From positions 320,001 through 384,000 of the forward strand of contig CBDFMQ010000002.1 in NCBI GenBank assembly GCA_965249725.1: DNA of 64,000 nucleotides, written 5' to 3'. This document shows positions 61,808 to 64,000 of the stretch, piece by piece. The notes under the pieces were generated by a model. It was not told where the DNA came from. It saw nothing but the letters and a program-made list of their open reading frames with translations, and did no database searches. This DNA comes from Longimicrobiales bacterium (GTDB lineage: Bacteria; Gemmatimonadota; Gemmatimonadetes; Longimicrobiales; Gaopeijiaceae). A program made the position numbers and the translations under genes. Every line of letters begins with the position of its first letter. The stretch's first letter is position 1.

Positions 61808-63523
61808 ATGGCAACAAACGTCGCAGAAGTTCGCCTTGGTGACCTTTTCGTAAGAGAAGGCCTCATCGAAGCGGGCCAGTTGGAAGAGGCCCTGAAAGAC
61901 GCTAAGGAGAGCGGGACCCGCGTCGGGTTCTCGCTCGTGAAGCTCGGGTTCGTCGCGGAAAACGAGCTCACGCGGATGCTGTCGAAGCAGTACCGACTCC
62001 CCGCGGTCGACCTCGAGAAGGTCACCGTCGAAGAGAAGATCTACAGGCTCATCGACGGCGAGATGGCGTACAAGCACTTGGTCTTGCCGCTTCGAAAGGT
62101 GGGTCGGACGCTCACCGTAGCGATGGCGAACCCGTCCGATTTGGAGGCGGTGGACGTCCTCCGGTTCAAGACCCGCTTCGACATCGAGCCCGTGATCGTC
62201 GGAGAATACACCCTCCGCAACCATCTCGAGCGCTACTACGGTGCCTCCGAAGACGCGATGGACGACCTCCTCGGCGACTTCATGGAGGAGGACATCGAAT
62301 TCGTCGAAGATACCGAGGACGACGACAACATCGCGGCTCTTCAGGCGGAAGTCGACGAGGCCCCTGTGGTGAAGTTCATCAACGGCCTCCTCACGGACGC
62401 GGTGCGGAAGGGTGTCTCCGATATCCACATCGAGCCTTACGAAAAGGAGATCCGAGTACGGTACCGGATCGACGGTTCTCTCTTCGAGGTCATGAAGCCG
62501 CCCATGAAGATGAAGGCGGCCTTGACCTCACGAATCAAGATCCTGTCGGACCTGAACATTGCTGAGCGCAGGGTGCCTCAGGACGGACGCATCAAGCTCA
62601 GGATGAAGCGTAAGGTCGTGGACTTCCGTGTCTCCACGCTGCCGGTGATCTTCGGTGAGAAGATCGTGATGCGAATCCTGGACGCCGGAAACCTCACCTT
62701 CGACCTCGGCCTGTTCGGCTTCGAGCCCAAGGCTGAGGCGGACTTCATGGGGGCGATCGCGAACCCCTACGGTATGGTCCTAGTGACGGGACCGACGGGT
62801 TCCGGGAAGACCACTACGCTCTATTCCGCGCTCTCGCAGATCAACAACGAGGACGTGAACATCATGACGGCCGAGGATCCGGTGGAGTACAACCTGCACG
62901 GGATCAATCAGGTGCTCGTCCGAAATGAGATCGGGATGACCTTCGCCGCAGCCCTCAAGGCGTTCCTGCGGCAGGACCCGAACATCATCATGGTCGGTGA
63001 GATTCGTGACATCGAGACGGGGGGCATCGCCATCAAGGCCGCCCTGACCGGCCACCTCGTGCTCTCGACCCTCCACACAAACGATACGCCGTCCACGATC
63101 ACGCGTCTGATCGATATGGGCCTTGAGCCGTTCAACCTGGCCGCCGCGCTCAACCTCGTGACCGCGCAGCGGCTGCTCAGACGCATCTGCTCGAACTGCC
63201 AGGTCGAGACGACTTATGACGACGAGTATCTCAAATCGGCCAAGCTGGACGACGAATGGCTCAACAAGACGACCCTGTACAAGGGTGAGGGCTGCGACAA
63301 GTGTGGCGGCTCCGGATACAAGGGCCGTCAGGGTCTTTACGAGGTGATGAACATCAACACCCCGATCAGAAAGGCCATCATGTCCAACTTGAGTACGGAC
63401 GAGCTACGTGACGTCGCTCTTGCAGAAGGGATGCTCACGCTTCGAATGGACGGGCTCCTGAAGGTGGAGTGAGGCATTACCACGCTGGAGGAGGTCATCA
63501 AGGAGACCTCGACCGCGGACTAA
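61808..63523 (+). CDS. pilB: Type IV pilus extension ATPase with an in-frame TGA at 63470-63472, 16 codons before the natural end
   Basis: RLGDL, SDIHIEP, PQDGR, GPTGSGKTTT, EDPVE, RQDP, GEIRD, two CxxC; conserved GITTLEEV tail lies past the TGA, TAA at 63521-63523. Confidence 0.92.
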
Positions 63524-63548
63524 ACCACACACCCTCAACGACACGCGA

Positions 63549-64000
63549 ATGAATCAACCGACGACCACCGAGCAGGATCCGCAGGAGCTCAACCTTCGCC
63601 TTCTCCTCCAGGAGATGATCCAGAAGGGTGCCTCCGATCTGCACGTCACTGCTGGGGCGCGGCCGAAGATACGGATCGACGGGGATCTACACGACTCTCA
63701 GATCACGCACGTTCTGACGCCCAAGGACACGCTTTCGATCGCGTATTCCATTCTCACGGAGAACCAGAAGAAGCGGTTCGAGACCGAGGACGAGTTGGAC
63801 TTCTCGTTCGGCGTGCAAAACCTGTCCCGCTTCCGAGGCAACGTGTTCAAGCAGCGTGGGTGCGTCGCCATGGCGATCCGGCAGATCCCGTACAAGATCA
63901 TCACGGTCGCAGAACTCGGCCTGCCGAGCGTCGTGGCGGACTTCGCCGACCGACCGCGGGGCCTGGTCTTGGTTACCGGCCCGACCGGTTCCGGCAAGTC
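63549..64000 (+). CDS. pilT: Type IV pilus retraction ATPase (3'-truncated by the window)
   Basis: Hand translation: GASDLH, RIDG, ELDFSFG, RFRGNVF, AIRQIP, LGLP, GLVLVTGPTGSGKS. Not in the ORF track. Confidence 0.93.
   Translation, partial: MNQPTTTEQDPQELNLRLLLQEMIQKGASDLHVTAGARPKIRIDGDLHDSQITHVLTPKDTLSIAYSILTENQKKRFETEDELDFSFGVQNLSRFRGNVFKQRGCVAMAIRQIPYKIITVAELGLPSVVADFADRPRGLVLVTGPTGSGK

Noticed and set aside
63470..63510. Selenocysteine recoding of the pilB TGA (hairpin follows)
   Set aside because: The position is not a Cys/redox site in PilB, and the hairpin is explainable by coding sequence.

Overview
A GC-rich, gene-dense bacterial chromosomal window of mostly core and envelope genes. 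The gene set (SprA-like barrel, LptFG, TonB receptor, several ECF modules, minor pilins) suggests a diderm FCB-group organism, probably Gemmatimonadota; that is inference only. Contents: carB, an HDAC-family deacetylase, ccmH-like, priA, an HNH nuclease, three ECF sigma/anti-sigma modules, a MacAB-TolC-type exporter, a NatAB-CPBP ABC system, thrC, a YncD/PqqU-like TonB receptor, a sigma54-type minor pilin operon, S9 and M24 peptidases, a methionine cluster (metF-like, yitJ, metH), dapF, lptFG, sprA, comEA, pilB and a partial pilT. I saw no rRNA, tRNA, CRISPR array, IS element or prophage. Best leads: (1) an ECF sigma / CBM48-bearing anti-sigma / barrel-CBM48 operon with a duplicated ATGTGACCC-N14-TCGTCTA promoter, a candidate alpha-glucan sensing system; (2) a DapF with Ser in place of both catalytic Cys; (3) an atypical SAM-I-clan-like RNA upstream of metH; (4) a ~155-nt G.U-rich rod hairpin; (5) two single in-frame stop codons (barrel-CBM48 gene, pilB); (6) an orphan 36-aa MetS-type small protein missed by the ORF track. 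All calls come from reading motifs by eye, without database searches. Several start codons were moved downstream of the ORF-track starts.
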